This document shows, piece by piece, positions 43,250-53,307 of a stretch of DNA of 64,000 bases; within the stretch, counting starts at the first letter, position 1, and each line of letters opens with the position of its first letter. The translations under genes were made by a program, and so were the position numbers. The notes under the pieces are model-generated. The model saw nothing but the letters and a program-made list of their open reading frames with translations. It searched no databases and had not been told where the DNA came from. Source of the stretch: Gemmatimonadales bacterium (GTDB lineage: Bacteria; Gemmatimonadota; Gemmatimonadetes; Gemmatimonadales; GWC2-71-9); contig JBFGJG010000018.1 of the NCBI GenBank assembly GCA_041577295.1, positions 1 through 64,000 of the forward strand, written 5' to 3'.

Positions 43250-45601
43250 CTGAATATCGAAAAGGCGAAAGACCGCGCTCGGAAACTCGAGCTCAAAGGG
43301 CAGTACGACAAGGCGATCGAGCTGTATTCGAAGGTGATTCGAGAGCTCGAAAACACGCCGGGTCTCTATCATGAGCTCTCGCTGTTCAATAAAGTTGGCG
43401 ACCTCTATCTGAAGACGGGGGCCGTCCAGCCCGCCGTGGAGATGTACGAGCGAGCGGCAAATCACTACGCCGAGTCGGGCTTGCCAAACAATGCGATCGC
43501 GTTGTGCAACAAAATTCTCCGTAATGCTCCCGGCCGCACGCAAGTCTATCTCAAGCTCGCACAGCTCATGGTTCAGCGAGGCTTTGTGGCGGAGGCCAAG
43601 CAGAACCTGCTGGAGTACGCCGAGCGGATGCAACGCGCTGGAAAGTTGGAGGAGGCGTTTGAGGCGCTGAAGGAGTTCGCGGACCTCTCACCGGCCAACG
43701 ACGAGATTCGTTTGTTGCTTGCCGAGCAGCTCAAGGCGGCCGCGCGCTCCGACGAGGCCCGTGAGCAATTGAACAAATTGTATTCCGAGCTTCAGGCTAC
43801 GGGCGACACGCGCCGCTCGCGGCTGACGTTGGAGAAGATTCGCGCCATCGATCCCGAGTACGACGTCGGTGAGCCGACCCCACCGGCCACGGTCGTGAAG
43901 GGCAAGACCAGCGATCTGGTGTTCCTCGATTTGGGCGATGAGCCGACTGTCAGCCGAGAATCGGTCGTCGAACCGCAACCCATCGAGGACATTCGGCGCT
44001 CCCCAGTAGACGATCTCGAGCCGGTGGAAGTCGACGAGGTCGACGACGAACTCCATATCGAGCGAACTTCGGCCGAGTTCGATCTCGCCACGGGAGAACA
44101 CCAAACGGTGGAGGGGCTCGAGATAGGTGGCTTGGAGGGAACCGACGCTCCCGAGCTGCCACCGCTGGAGATCGAGACGACGGGCATCGGCGACCCCATC
44201 TTTGGACCGCTCGACGAGGAGGAGCTGACTGCGCCTTCGATTGACTTCGAGGAGGACGACACCGACGAAGAACCGCTGGTCGCTGATCTTCCAATCATCG
44301 AAATGCCGGACCCAGAAGAGGATGAAGGCGAGCCCGAGCTCGAAGAGACGGAGGTCTCGGTTGACTTGCCCCTGATCGAGGGCTCCTTCGACTTCGATGA
44401 AGATGAAGAGCTCAGTGAGCTATCTGTCGATTCTTTCGACCTGCGAGGCAGCGCAAGCATCGAAGCGCCTGAGCTCGACCTCGGTGACGAGGAGTCCGAC
44501 GAGGAGTTCGAACTAGCGCCGCAGGGAGCGAGCACCACACTGCCACTGCTCGACGACGTCACGGTGGTGGAGGAAGAAGGTGCCACGGTGCTAGTGCTCG
44601 AGGACCGCGTGGCCGAGAACCCCGACGATCCGGTCCTCCACCGAGAATTGGGAGAAGCGCTGCTCGAGAACGGCGAGCGCGAGCGAGGTCTCGAGGAGCT
44701 CGATCTCGCCCTCCAGTTGCACGAATCGCGCGAGGAGTGGACATCCGTCTCCGCGCTGGTGGATGAGCTGCTGCGACTCGATCCCAACAGTGCCCGGTAT
44801 CACCAAAAACGCGTCGAGCTTGCGTTTCGTGCGTCCGACAAACGGCTGCTTGTCGATGCATATCTCGGGCTGGCCAACGCGTTGGTGCGTTCTGACGAGG
44901 TGGATCGCGCACGCCTCGTGTACCAACGGGTGCTCGAACACGATCCGGAAAACGAGCTGGCCATCGCCAGCCTCGAGGCGCTCGAACCAGCGGTCGAAGA
45001 GCCGGCGGCACACGTGGAGCGCACGGTTGAGCGGAGCCTTGCACAAGAGCCGCCGCCGCGCGAAAGCGGGTACGTGGATCTCGGCGCGCTCCTGCTCGAC
45101 GAAGAAGATCCGCTCGAGCGCGACACGCGTATGCGGGTGGAGGAAGAAGAACCAACGGGCGATGAGCAAAAAGACTTCGAGCGAATGCTGAGCCGCTTCA
45201 AGCGGGGCATCGAAGTCAATGTCGAAGAGGAGGATGCGCAAGCGCACTACGACTTGGGCATCGCGTTCAAGGAGATGGGGCTGCTGGACGAGGCGATCTC
45301 GGAATTCCAAAAGGCGCTCAGAGCCTCCGATGGACGGCTCAAGACGGCTGAAGCACTCGGGCTGTGCTTCTTCGAGAAGGGTCAGTACTCGGTCGCGGCG
45401 ACAGTGCTGCGACGCGCAGTTGATGGTGAACCGGGCGGTGACGACATGAAGATCGGTCTTCTCTACTGGCTCGGTCGGTGTGAGGAGGAGCTCGACCGCA
45501 GTGCCGAAGCGCTCCAGCACTACCAGCGGGTCTTTGCCATCGACATCAACTTTGGCGATGTGGGCAAGCGGGTACGGGCGCTTGCCGGAGCCGGGAGTTA
45601 G
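43250..45601 (+). CDS. Large TPR protein with acidic disordered linker (probable CTG start)
   Basis: N-terminal TPRs, D/E-rich middle, C-terminal TPRs with AHYDLGIAFKEMGLLDEAI; open frame extends upstream of the ORF-track start to CTG 43250. Confidence 0.85.
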   Translation: MNIEKAKDRARKLELKGQYDKAIELYSKVIRELENTPGLYHELSLFNKVGDLYLKTGAVQPAVEMYERAANHYAESGLPNNAIALCNKILRNAPGRTQVYLKLAQLMVQRGFVAEAKQNLLEYAERMQRAGKLEEAFEALKEFADLSPANDEIRLLLAEQLKAAARSDEAREQLNKLYSELQATGDTRRSRLTLEKIRAIDPEYDVGEPTPPATVVKGKTSDLVFLDLGDEPTVSRESVVEPQPIEDIRRSPVDDLEPVEVDEVDDELHIERTSAEFDLATGEHQTVEGLEIGGLEGTDAPELPPLEIETTGIGDPIFGPLDEEELTAPSIDFEEDDTDEEPLVADLPIIEMPDPEEDEGEPELEETEVSVDLPLIEGSFDFDEDEELSELSVDSFDLRGSASIEAPELDLGDEESDEEFELAPQGASTTLPLLDDVTVVEEEGATVLVLEDRVAENPDDPVLHRELGEALLENGERERGLEELDLALQLHESREEWTSVSALVDELLRLDPNSARYHQKRVELAFRASDKRLLVDAYLGLANALVRSDEVDRARLVYQRVLEHDPENELAIASLEALEPAVEEPAAHVERTVERSLAQEPPPRESGYVDLGALLLDEEDPLERDTRMRVEEEEPTGDEQKDFERMLSRFKRGIEVNVEEEDAQAHYDLGIAFKEMGLLDEAISEFQKALRASDGRLKTAEALGLCFFEKGQYSVAATVLRRAVDGEPGGDDMKIGLLYWLGRCEEELDRSAEALQHYQRVFAIDINFGDVGKRVRALAGAGS

Positions 45602-45605
45602 CTCC

Positions 45606-46595
45606 GTGGGTCCTCAAGTCGTCCGTCCGGCGCTGGCTGCTATCCAGCAGCCGGTTCGTCAGCAGTTGGACGAGGTGTTCGCCGAGCTGCGAAGGATCAT
45701 AACCGCAGACTTTCATCTGATCAGTGACGTGAATGAGCATTTGCTCCGGATCCGGGGCAAGATGTTTCGTCCAACGTTGCTCTTGCTTTCAGCACAAGCG
45801 ACCCGAGACCCCGATCCCCGCGATGTGACGCTGGCAGCAGTCATCGAGCTGATCCACCTCGCCACCTTGATTCATGACGATTCAGTGGACCACTCCGTGT
45901 TACGTCGTGGCCAGCCGACCGTGAACGCCCTGTTCAGCCATCAGGTTGCCGTGATCATGGGAGATTACCTCTACTCCCGTGCGATTACGGAGCTGGTGCG
46001 TCTCGATGACCTCGAACCACTCCGAGTCATCAGCAGAGTGACGAACGAAATGACAGTCGGCGAAATGCGGGAAATCGCCGCGCATGATGTCCTCGACTTC
46101 TCCGAAGACGACTATGATCAGCTCATCGATGCTAAGACGGCCTCGCTCATGGCAGGGGCGTGCGAGGTCGGTGGCATCGGCGGGCAACCCGAGCACCGCG
46201 ACGCGTTGCGACGCTACGGGCGGTACCTCGGGCAGGCGTTCCAGATCGCGGATGACCTGTTGGACTACACCGAAACGGAGTCCGTAACCGGCAAACCGAC
46301 CGGGCTCGACCTGCGAGAACACAAGATCACACTGCCGCTGATCCTGGCTCTGCGCGATATGAGTGATGACGAGCGGGAGCGAGTCGAGACCCTAATGGCG
46401 GATCCGACGCCGTCCGATGACCTCATCAATGCGGTCGTCCGGACGGTCGAAGCGCGCGGCGGAATCGACGGGGCTCGCACGCGAGCCGAAGAGTTCGCTA
46501 TACAGGCCGAGAGGGAGCTGGAGCACATTCCGCCGTCACGCGCACGCGACGCGTTACGGGACTGTATCGTCTACGCAATCGAGCGCCGGAGCTGA
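45606..46595 (+). CDS. Polyprenyl (octa/heptaprenyl) diphosphate synthase
   Basis: GKMFRP, HLATLIHDDSVD..RRG, FQIADDLLD, GKP.G.DL. Confidence 0.93.
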   Translation: MGPQVVRPALAAIQQPVRQQLDEVFAELRRIITADFHLISDVNEHLLRIRGKMFRPTLLLLSAQATRDPDPRDVTLAAVIELIHLATLIHDDSVDHSVLRRGQPTVNALFSHQVAVIMGDYLYSRAITELVRLDDLEPLRVISRVTNEMTVGEMREIAAHDVLDFSEDDYDQLIDAKTASLMAGACEVGGIGGQPEHRDALRRYGRYLGQAFQIADDLLDYTETESVTGKPTGLDLREHKITLPLILALRDMSDDERERVETLMADPTPSDDLINAVVRTVEARGGIDGARTRAEEFAIQAERELEHIPPSRARDALRDCIVYAIERRS

Positions 46596-46598
46596 CCC

Positions 46599-46871
46599 GT
46601 GGCCATCGGACCGCGCCGCCCGCTATTTTACATATTGGTGCTGGCCTTGGGGTTCATCCTCGGCGGGTTCTTGTCGGCATTGCTCGAGCGTTTCTTGCCC
46701 GACGGACCGGCTAAGGAGTTCTTCACCTGGACGGTTGCACCGTCCGTCGGCCCGCTCCAGTTGGATCTGTTGATCCTGAGCTTGGCGCTGGGACCCGTTG
46801 CCCTGAAAGTCTCGTTGCTCGGCCTGGTGGGTATCGTTCTGGCGTACTTGCTCGCACGCACTCTCTTTTAG
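46599..46871 (+). CDS. Small membrane protein, DUF4321-like
   Basis: Hydrophobic 90-aa protein, LDL.IL...G..L.VSLLG pattern. Confidence 0.7.
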   Translation: MAIGPRRPLFYILVLALGFILGGFLSALLERFLPDGPAKEFFTWTVAPSVGPLQLDLLILSLALGPVALKVSLLGLVGIVLAYLLARTLF

Positions 46872-46886
46872 CGAGGCGGACACATC

Positions 46887-47132
46887 ATGCCATTCAACAT
46901 CGGCATGTGGGAGCTGCTGATCATCTTGTTGGTGCTGCTGCTCGTCTTCGGCGCGAAGCGGCTCCCGGAGATCGGCCAGTCGATGGGGAAAGGAATTCGG
47001 GAGTTCAAGAAGAGTATCCGCGAGGTGAAGAACGAGATCGAGACCGACTCAGGGGTAACGCCACCTTCCCGGCAAATCGATGCCCCGAGCGGCGACGCAT
47101 CACGCGGTGATCCCAAGAAACTTTCGGAGTAG
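46887..47132 (+). CDS. tatA: Twin-arginine translocase TatA/E
   Basis: IG.WELLIIL..LLLVFGAKRLPEIGQSMGKGIREFKK. Confidence 0.95.
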   Translation: MPFNIGMWELLIILLVLLLVFGAKRLPEIGQSMGKGIREFKKSIREVKNEIETDSGVTPPSRQIDAPSGDASRGDPKKLSE

Positions 47133-47159
47133 GATCTCCTCGGCAGGACCCAATCCAAG

Positions 47160-47187
47160 GGGCCCGGCGAACCGTCTCGCCGGGCCC
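47160..47187. terminator. GC-rich hairpin between convergent genes (probable bidirectional terminator)
   Basis: GGGCCCGGCGA-ACCGTC-TCGCCGGGCCC, 11-bp stem; no strong U-tract. Confidence 0.7.
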
Positions 47188-47215
47188 TGATTGCTACGCT
47201 CGCAGCACCCCTGCC

Positions 47216-49078
47216 CTAAAACCCAAACGGATTTTGCGGAAACGGCGAGTCCGGGATTGCCTGCTGTGCGCGCTCGAGCTCTCGTCGGCGATCCACCACG
47301 TCTGCCTTGTCGCGCAGTGACGCGTAGATGAGCTGCACACGCCCTTGTCGCTCCTGACGCAGGACCTCTTCCCGCAGCTGATCGATCTCCGCCAAGAACG
47401 CATTCGTGTCCGCCAGTTCGCGCGCCGTGGGCTCGATGAAGAAGATCGCGCGTTCAGACTCCACCGGTCCCCCGGGGGTTCCCACGGGTAGGCCGAACGC
47501 GAGGCCAACCGCGGCAGGGGCGTCCCGCAACGGGGGCGCCGGCGCCGTCCGCGTGAACGGGCCAAGGGTGCGGGGGGTGAGCTGTCGTTGGCTGGCCGCG
47601 GTAGTCAGTGGCGTCCCGGCGGCGAGGTCCGCTGCAATCTCTCGCGCCACGGCGCGGGTCCGCTCCCACTGCTTGGCCAGCTTCGCGGCTTGCCGTACCT
47701 GCGCCTGTACGCGGGCGAGCGGTGGCACGCCTTCCGGGATCAGACTGTCCAGACGGAAGACGTAGTACGCGAAGTCGGTCTCGATCACCTGCGAGATTTC
47801 CCCCGCTTCCGCTTCAAACACCCAGATCGCCGCGTCGGGGACGAACCGCTCACCGATCCGTGCCGACTGTCCCTCGATGATGGGGCCCGCCTGCTGCAGG
47901 GTCAGTCCCATCAGACTCGCGGCATTGTCGAGCGCCCGCGGGTCATCCTGTTCGGCGGCGAGCAAATCGAGTGAATCTGCGCGACCGTCCACCTCGTCGA
48001 GGTGATCTGGCTCGAGTTCGATCGCGACCAGAATGTGACGGGCGTTGTAGCTCGTCGCCGACTTGGACTCCAGCTTGATGATATGGTATCCAAACGGCGA
48101 CAACACCGGATCGGAGATCTGACCGGGTCTGAGTGCCAGGGCGGCCTCCTCGAAGGGGCGCACGAAACGGCCGAGCTCCGCCTCGCCAAGATCACCACCG
48201 TTCTCGCGACTTACCGAGTCGGCCGATTCTCGTGCGGCAACCTCGGCAAAGTCAGCACCGTCGCGGATCTCGGCCAGCAGCTCGTTCGCTCTGACGAGAG
48301 CCGCTGCCGTGTCTGCCGCGTTGGGGATCCGCGAGACCATGACGTAGCTGACGTAGCCACGCGCCGATTCCCGAAATTCATCCCGGTGCGTGCGGTAGTA
48401 CTGCTGGACCTCCTGATCGGTGACCTCGACCGCGGAATCGGGCACGACGAGCTGTGGCAGCAGCGTCACCGCGCGCACGCTCACCGAGTCGTTCCGATCG
48501 CGGTAGATACGCCACAGCCGGGCGTCCGACACGTACACATCCGCCGTCAGCCGTTCGAGCAGTTTCAGCCGGGGGATCTCCTGACGATACCGCGCCTCCA
48601 AGGCAATAGCGAAGCTCGGATCGACACCCGATTGCAGGTACCGCTGGTACTTCTGCAGGTCGAACTGGCTGTCCGTCTGAAACTCGGGGATTTGCATAAC
48701 CTCGGGCGGGGGAGCGTTGAGGATGGCTTGCCGCAGCTCTTCTTCGCTCACCGAGATACCACGTCGTCGGTACTCCTGCGCCAGGATGGCCTGTTGGACC
48801 AGCTGCTCCATGACCGCGTCTTCGAGGGCACGCTGCTCCTCGAGGGTCACGGGGACGGGAGCGCCCTGTGCCCGCTGCTGCTCCTGCGCATCTCGCAGGG
48901 CCGCGTAGTAGGTCTGCAGGTTGATCTTTTCGCCGTTGACGCTGGCGACTTCGTCCGTAATGCCGCCCCCACCTCGTCCGGTCACATCCATCCCCACCTC
49001 GAACACCATCCAGACCACGAAGCTGAGGGCCACAATCACCATGATCCACGGTGCTATGCCGCGCATGAGCCGCATCAT
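47216..49078 (-). CDS. PpiD/SurA-type periplasmic peptidyl-prolyl isomerase chaperone
   Basis: N-terminal TM anchor, SurA_N (VNGEKI), parvulin domain (GADFAEVA..ES.D..SRENGGDLG, S.PV.S.FGYHIIK). Confidence 0.9.
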   Translation of the reverse strand: MMRLMRGIAPWIMVIVALSFVVWMVFEVGMDVTGRGGGGITDEVASVNGEKINLQTYYAALRDAQEQQRAQGAPVPVTLEEQRALEDAVMEQLVQQAILAQEYRRRGISVSEEELRQAILNAPPPEVMQIPEFQTDSQFDLQKYQRYLQSGVDPSFAIALEARYRQEIPRLKLLERLTADVYVSDARLWRIYRDRNDSVSVRAVTLLPQLVVPDSAVEVTDQEVQQYYRTHRDEFRESARGYVSYVMVSRIPNAADTAAALVRANELLAEIRDGADFAEVAARESADSVSRENGGDLGEAELGRFVRPFEEAALALRPGQISDPVLSPFGYHIIKLESKSATSYNARHILVAIELEPDHLDEVDGRADSLDLLAAEQDDPRALDNAASLMGLTLQQAGPIIEGQSARIGERFVPDAAIWVFEAEAGEISQVIETDFAYYVFRLDSLIPEGVPPLARVQAQVRQAAKLAKQWERTRAVAREIAADLAAGTPLTTAASQRQLTPRTLGPFTRTAPAPPLRDAPAAVGLAFGLPVGTPGGPVESERAIFFIEPTARELADTNAFLAEIDQLREEVLRQERQGRVQLIYASLRDKADVVDRRRELERAQQAIPDSPFPQNPFGF

Positions 49079-49388
49079 AAGCTTACCACGCTCCAATGCT
49101 CCACAGAGCCGCTAAGTCTAAGCGTGACAACGAGAAATCTCAAGGCTCGCGCCTCCCAGTCTGTTGCCTTGGCGGTTGGCGAGCGCTAAGTTGTGCGATT
49201 GCAGATGCCTAGACCGTTTCGCGAGCCCCGGCGGCGGCGGATTAACGTTTCCGCCCCGCCCGCATCGTCGGCGTGGCCATCGGTGCTGCCGAGCGAGCGG
49301 CGGAGATGGCAGCCAACAGAGGGGCTCGAGGTCCACCTGCGGCCTCCATCCCGTACCCCAATAGGGCGGCGAAGAGCCGCCTAGACGC

Positions 49389-51719
49389 ATGGCTTACCAG
49401 AGCGAGATCGAAAAACTCGAGCAACGGTTCCGCGAGAAACCCGAGCAGTGGTTTGCCGCGTTGGCCGATGCATACCGCAAAGCCGACCAGGTCGAGAAGG
49501 CCCTCGATGTGGTGCGCGCCGGTCTCGAGAAGCGACCCAATTACACGAGTGGCCACATCGTCTTGGGACGCTGCCTTTTGGATCAGGCGAACGATCCCGA
49601 GGCGGCCCATGCCTTCGAGCGGGTGTTGGAGCTCGACGCCGAGAACATCATTGCGCTGAAGTCCTTGAGCGAGATCGCCGACCGGCAGGGCGACCAGCCC
49701 GGCTCGAAGCGATGGCTGGAGCGCCTCCTCGAGGTCGACCCGATGAACGACGAGGCGCGGCTTGCGCTTGAGTCGCTCGAGGCCGAAGGCGTGGTCTCGG
49801 CCGAGCCCGTGGGAGGGCCTCCGGCGGTGGCCGAGCCCGAGCCGGAAATCGAGGTGGTTCTGCCTCAGGAGCAGCCGCGGGAGGCGGTGGCGGAGGTCGA
49901 GCCCGAGGTGGTGGCCGAACCGGAGCCCGCACCGGCGCCGGTCTCCGAAGTGCAGACCGAGCCCACCGAAGCGATTTCGGATGACGTGATCGACGAGGAA
50001 GTGCTGCAGCTCGAGACGCCGGAGCTGGCTGCCAAGATCTCAGACGAGTTCCCCGTGCCCGACTTCGACACCGCCGTCATCGAGCCGTCCCCGCTCATCG
50101 AGCCAACAGTCGACGAGGAAGAAGTTGAAGAGCTCGAGCTCGAGCGGTCGTGGGATTTCGAGTCCGACGTCCCCACCGTGCAGATGGAGCCGTTTGGGCT
50201 GGAGCGAGTCGAAGAACCGGACCTCGAGTTCGCTGGCGAATCGTTTGAGGAGGTCGTGCAGGAATCGGCGGCCGAGGATGCGGAATCTCAGCACGTGGAG
50301 GCGGAGGAGCCGGTATGGGGGCAAGCGTCACAAGAAACGATCGATGTGTCGGCCGAGCAGGTCGAGGACGTCGCGTCCGATGTGGCGCCGGAATCGCTCG
50401 AAGTCACGTCCTTCGACGAGGAACTGGCCTGGGACGCCGGTGAGCGCCTGTCACGCGAGATCACTGACGAGGACCTGCGGGAAGCGGAGCGGGCTCACGA
50501 GGAGAGCTTGGAGGAGACCGCCCACTACATCCCAGGTCTCGAGTACGCCGAGGTACCCGACATTGCGAGCGGTCCGACTGCGCATTCGGACGAGGAGGTC
50601 GTTGCAGAACAGACCGCCATCCCCGAAGAGGAGGCCGACGTCGAGGGCGGGACAGCTCCTCATGAAGAGCCTCGCCCGCTTGCGGAGATTCCAGGAGAGG
50701 CGTGGACGGCGCCTGAGTTTGAGGTCACCGATGACGAGCCGGTACCGGAGCAGGAGGATGTGTTGGAGGTTGAGGCGGCGTCAGAGACCGACGCTGTAGA
50801 TGTTCCGGTATGGGGTATCGACGAGAGGTCTTCGGAGCAGGGGGCGGTCGAGGTCGAAGAGGAGGCGGTGGCGCCTACTGACGCCCAACCGCTTCCGAGT
50901 GGGTTCGAGGCTGGGCTGGTAGATGAGGTGGACGTCGGCATTACGGCTGAAGAGCCAGAAGAGTTGTTCGCCGAATCAGACGCGGTCGCCGATCGTTCGC
51001 AGCGGGCCACGGCCGGTTTGCCTTTGATCGTCCCTGACGAGGAGCAAGAACTGGCGGCGGACGACGAGCGAGAGCCCGAGCCGGAGCCCGAGCCGGTACT
51101 CACCGAAACGATGGCAGAAGTTTACGCTCGCCAGGGTTTGTTTGGCGAAGCGCGTCACATCTACGAGCAACTATTGGCGGCCCGCCCGGGCGATCCAGAG
51201 TTGGAGACTCGCATTGCGGAATTGGATCGTCGGGCCACGGCACGCCGCCGGGACGAGCGCGAAGAATTGGCCGAGCGCTTTGCGGCGGCTTCCACCGGGG
51301 GCGGCTCAGTCAGAGCGATGCTGGCCGAGGTGTCGGCGACCCGGCTCGGGCTCGACTCATCGCCCGGAGCAGCGCCGCAGCCGTTCGAGCACGAGGTTGG
51401 TGCGTCGGAGTCAGGTCGGGACGCCGCTCTCGATTTCGCGTTTGCGGGCGCCGACGACGAGCCGCTTGCCGCTCCGTCAGCGCCGGCTGACGATGATTTA
51501 TCGCTGGCGACGGTCTTTGGAGAGGAGCCGACCGCCTCGCCACCGGCCCCCGAAGAGGACTCCGCCAGTGGGCGCAAGGGCCAAGAGTCGTCATACGATG
51601 AGTTTTTCGGCGGTGGGGAGGCGCCACCTCCCGACGCCGAGCCGTCCTCGGACACGCCGTCATCCGAGGGGGATGGCGACGAAGGCTTTCAGGACTGGCT
51701 CGAGAGCCTCAAGACCTAA
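49389..51719 (+). CDS. TPR protein with very long acidic disordered region
   Basis: N-terminal FAALADAYRK...PNY.SGHIVLGRC TPRs, E-rich middle, TETMAEVYARQG TPR, terminal FQDWLESLK. Confidence 0.85.
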   Translation: MAYQSEIEKLEQRFREKPEQWFAALADAYRKADQVEKALDVVRAGLEKRPNYTSGHIVLGRCLLDQANDPEAAHAFERVLELDAENIIALKSLSEIADRQGDQPGSKRWLERLLEVDPMNDEARLALESLEAEGVVSAEPVGGPPAVAEPEPEIEVVLPQEQPREAVAEVEPEVVAEPEPAPAPVSEVQTEPTEAISDDVIDEEVLQLETPELAAKISDEFPVPDFDTAVIEPSPLIEPTVDEEEVEELELERSWDFESDVPTVQMEPFGLERVEEPDLEFAGESFEEVVQESAAEDAESQHVEAEEPVWGQASQETIDVSAEQVEDVASDVAPESLEVTSFDEELAWDAGERLSREITDEDLREAERAHEESLEETAHYIPGLEYAEVPDIASGPTAHSDEEVVAEQTAIPEEEADVEGGTAPHEEPRPLAEIPGEAWTAPEFEVTDDEPVPEQEDVLEVEAASETDAVDVPVWGIDERSSEQGAVEVEEEAVAPTDAQPLPSGFEAGLVDEVDVGITAEEPEELFAESDAVADRSQRATAGLPLIVPDEEQELAADDEREPEPEPEPVLTETMAEVYARQGLFGEARHIYEQLLAARPGDPELETRIAELDRRATARRRDEREELAERFAAASTGGGSVRAMLAEVSATRLGLDSSPGAAPQPFEHEVGASESGRDAALDFAFAGADDEPLAAPSAPADDDLSLATVFGEEPTASPPAPEEDSASGRKGQESSYDEFFGGGEAPPPDAEPSSDTPSSEGDGDEGFQDWLESLKT

Positions 51720-52163
51720 GTGCGGGTCGCCGTCCTCAACGGACCTAATCTGAATCTCCTGGGCATCCGGGAGCCTCACGTGTATGGCTCCCAAACGCTG
51801 CAGGAAATCGAGGAGGTCGTGCGGCGGTGCGCCGAGGCCAAAGGGGTCGAACTCGTGTGGCGCCAAACGAATCACGAGGGTGAGTTCGTAGAGTTTGTGC
51901 AGGGGTTGCAGGGAGCGGCGAATGGTGCGCTCGTGAATGCGGCGGCGTTCACGCACACGTCGATGGCGGTGCGGGATGCGTTGTTGGCCGTTGGCACCCC
52001 GTTCGTCGAGGTGCACCTATCCAATATTTACGCTCGCGAGCCCACGCGGCGGCATTCCCTGCTTGCGGACATCGCGATAGGTGTGATCGCCGGCTTTGGG
52101 GCGCACAGTTACGTGCTCGGTCTCGACGCGCTCCTTCGCCACCTATCGCAGCGTGTCTCCTGA
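51720..52163 (+). CDS. aroQ: Type II 3-dehydroquinate dehydratase
   Basis: LNGPNLNLLG.REP..YG, NAAAFTHTS, EVHLSNIYARE. Confidence 0.96.
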   Translation: MRVAVLNGPNLNLLGIREPHVYGSQTLQEIEEVVRRCAEAKGVELVWRQTNHEGEFVEFVQGLQGAANGALVNAAAFTHTSMAVRDALLAVGTPFVEVHLSNIYAREPTRRHSLLADIAIGVIAGFGAHSYVLGLDALLRHLSQRVS

Positions 52164-53247
52164 CCGCCGGGGTGAACGACGCGCGGCGTTGCTTCAGATC
52201 CTCGAGGAGGAGGCGTTGGATGGCCTCGTCATCCTGCACCTCCCTAACATTCGCTATTTGTGCGGGTTCACGGGGACGGCCGGCATCGCCGCCGTCCTCC
52301 CGGAGGAGACGGTTTTCTTCACGGATTTCCGTTATCGTACGCAGGCGGAGGCTGAGGTTGGCGATGCGGCCCGGGTGGAAATCGTCGCCTCCGATACGTG
52401 GAAGCGGCTGTGGCAAGTGTTGGGCGAGTACCCCGGGGTCGAGACCTTAGGGTTTGAGAGTCACGTCGTAACGGTCGCTGAGGCGCAGCGTTTTAACGAG
52501 ACCGGATCACGCCTCCGCTCTCAGCCGGCGCGCGAGTTGGTGGAGCGACTCCGCGTCACCAAAGACGCGGAGGAGATCGCCGCGATCAGAGCGGCCGCGG
52601 CCCTCGCCATGGATGCGCTCGAACCCGTGCTGGCCTGTGTCCGCGTCGGACAGAGCGAGCGAGACATCGCCGCCCGATTGGAACATGAGCTGCGGGCGCG
52701 GGGGAGTGAGTGGCACCCCTTTCCGACGATCGTGGCGTCCGGGCCGCGCAGTGCGCTCCCACATGCGCGGACCAGCAATCGGGAAGTGGAATCGGGGGAT
52801 TGGCTCCTCCTTGACTTCGGGGCGCAGGTGGATGGATACTGCGCGGATGTCACTCGCACGGTTGTGGTCGGGCGGCCGGCCGACGAGCGGCAAAAAACCG
52901 TTTATCAGATCGTTCGCGACGCGCAGATCGCCGCACGCCGCATCGTGCATGCTGGAATGACCGGCAAGGAAGCGGACGGCGTCGCGCGCTCGCTCATTAC
53001 CCGCCGCGGCTTCGGTGAGGCATTTGGGCATTCCTTGGGGCATGGGCTGGGGCTGGAGGTGCACGAGGCACCTCGCGTGAGCAAGGCCAACGAGGATGTG
53101 TTGCCGGAGAATGCCGTGGTGACCATCGAGCCGGGCTTGTATTTCCCGGGCTGGGGTGGTGTGCGAATCGAGGACGACGTGGTGGTGACCATCGATGGCA
53201 CCGAGTTGCTCTCAGACGGGAAGACGGAGCTCAGAGAGCTGCGGTAG
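52153..53247 (+). CDS. Xaa-Pro aminopeptidase (M24 family)
   Basis: TDFRY, DFGA..GYCADVTRT, HSLGHGLGLEVHE, TIEPG.Y, RIEDD. Confidence 0.93.
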   Translation: MSPDRRGERRAALLQILEEEALDGLVILHLPNIRYLCGFTGTAGIAAVLPEETVFFTDFRYRTQAEAEVGDAARVEIVASDTWKRLWQVLGEYPGVETLGFESHVVTVAEAQRFNETGSRLRSQPARELVERLRVTKDAEEIAAIRAAAALAMDALEPVLACVRVGQSERDIAARLEHELRARGSEWHPFPTIVASGPRSALPHARTSNREVESGDWLLLDFGAQVDGYCADVTRTVVVGRPADERQKTVYQIVRDAQIAARRIVHAGMTGKEADGVARSLITRRGFGEAFGHSLGHGLGLEVHEAPRVSKANEDVLPENAVVTIEPGLYFPGWGGVRIEDDVVVTIDGTELLSDGKTELRELR

Positions 53248-53307
53248 TCGATGAGAACCATCGCCAGAGCGGTGGCGTGAATACAAAACCGACGTGGTTC
53301 GAGGTTT

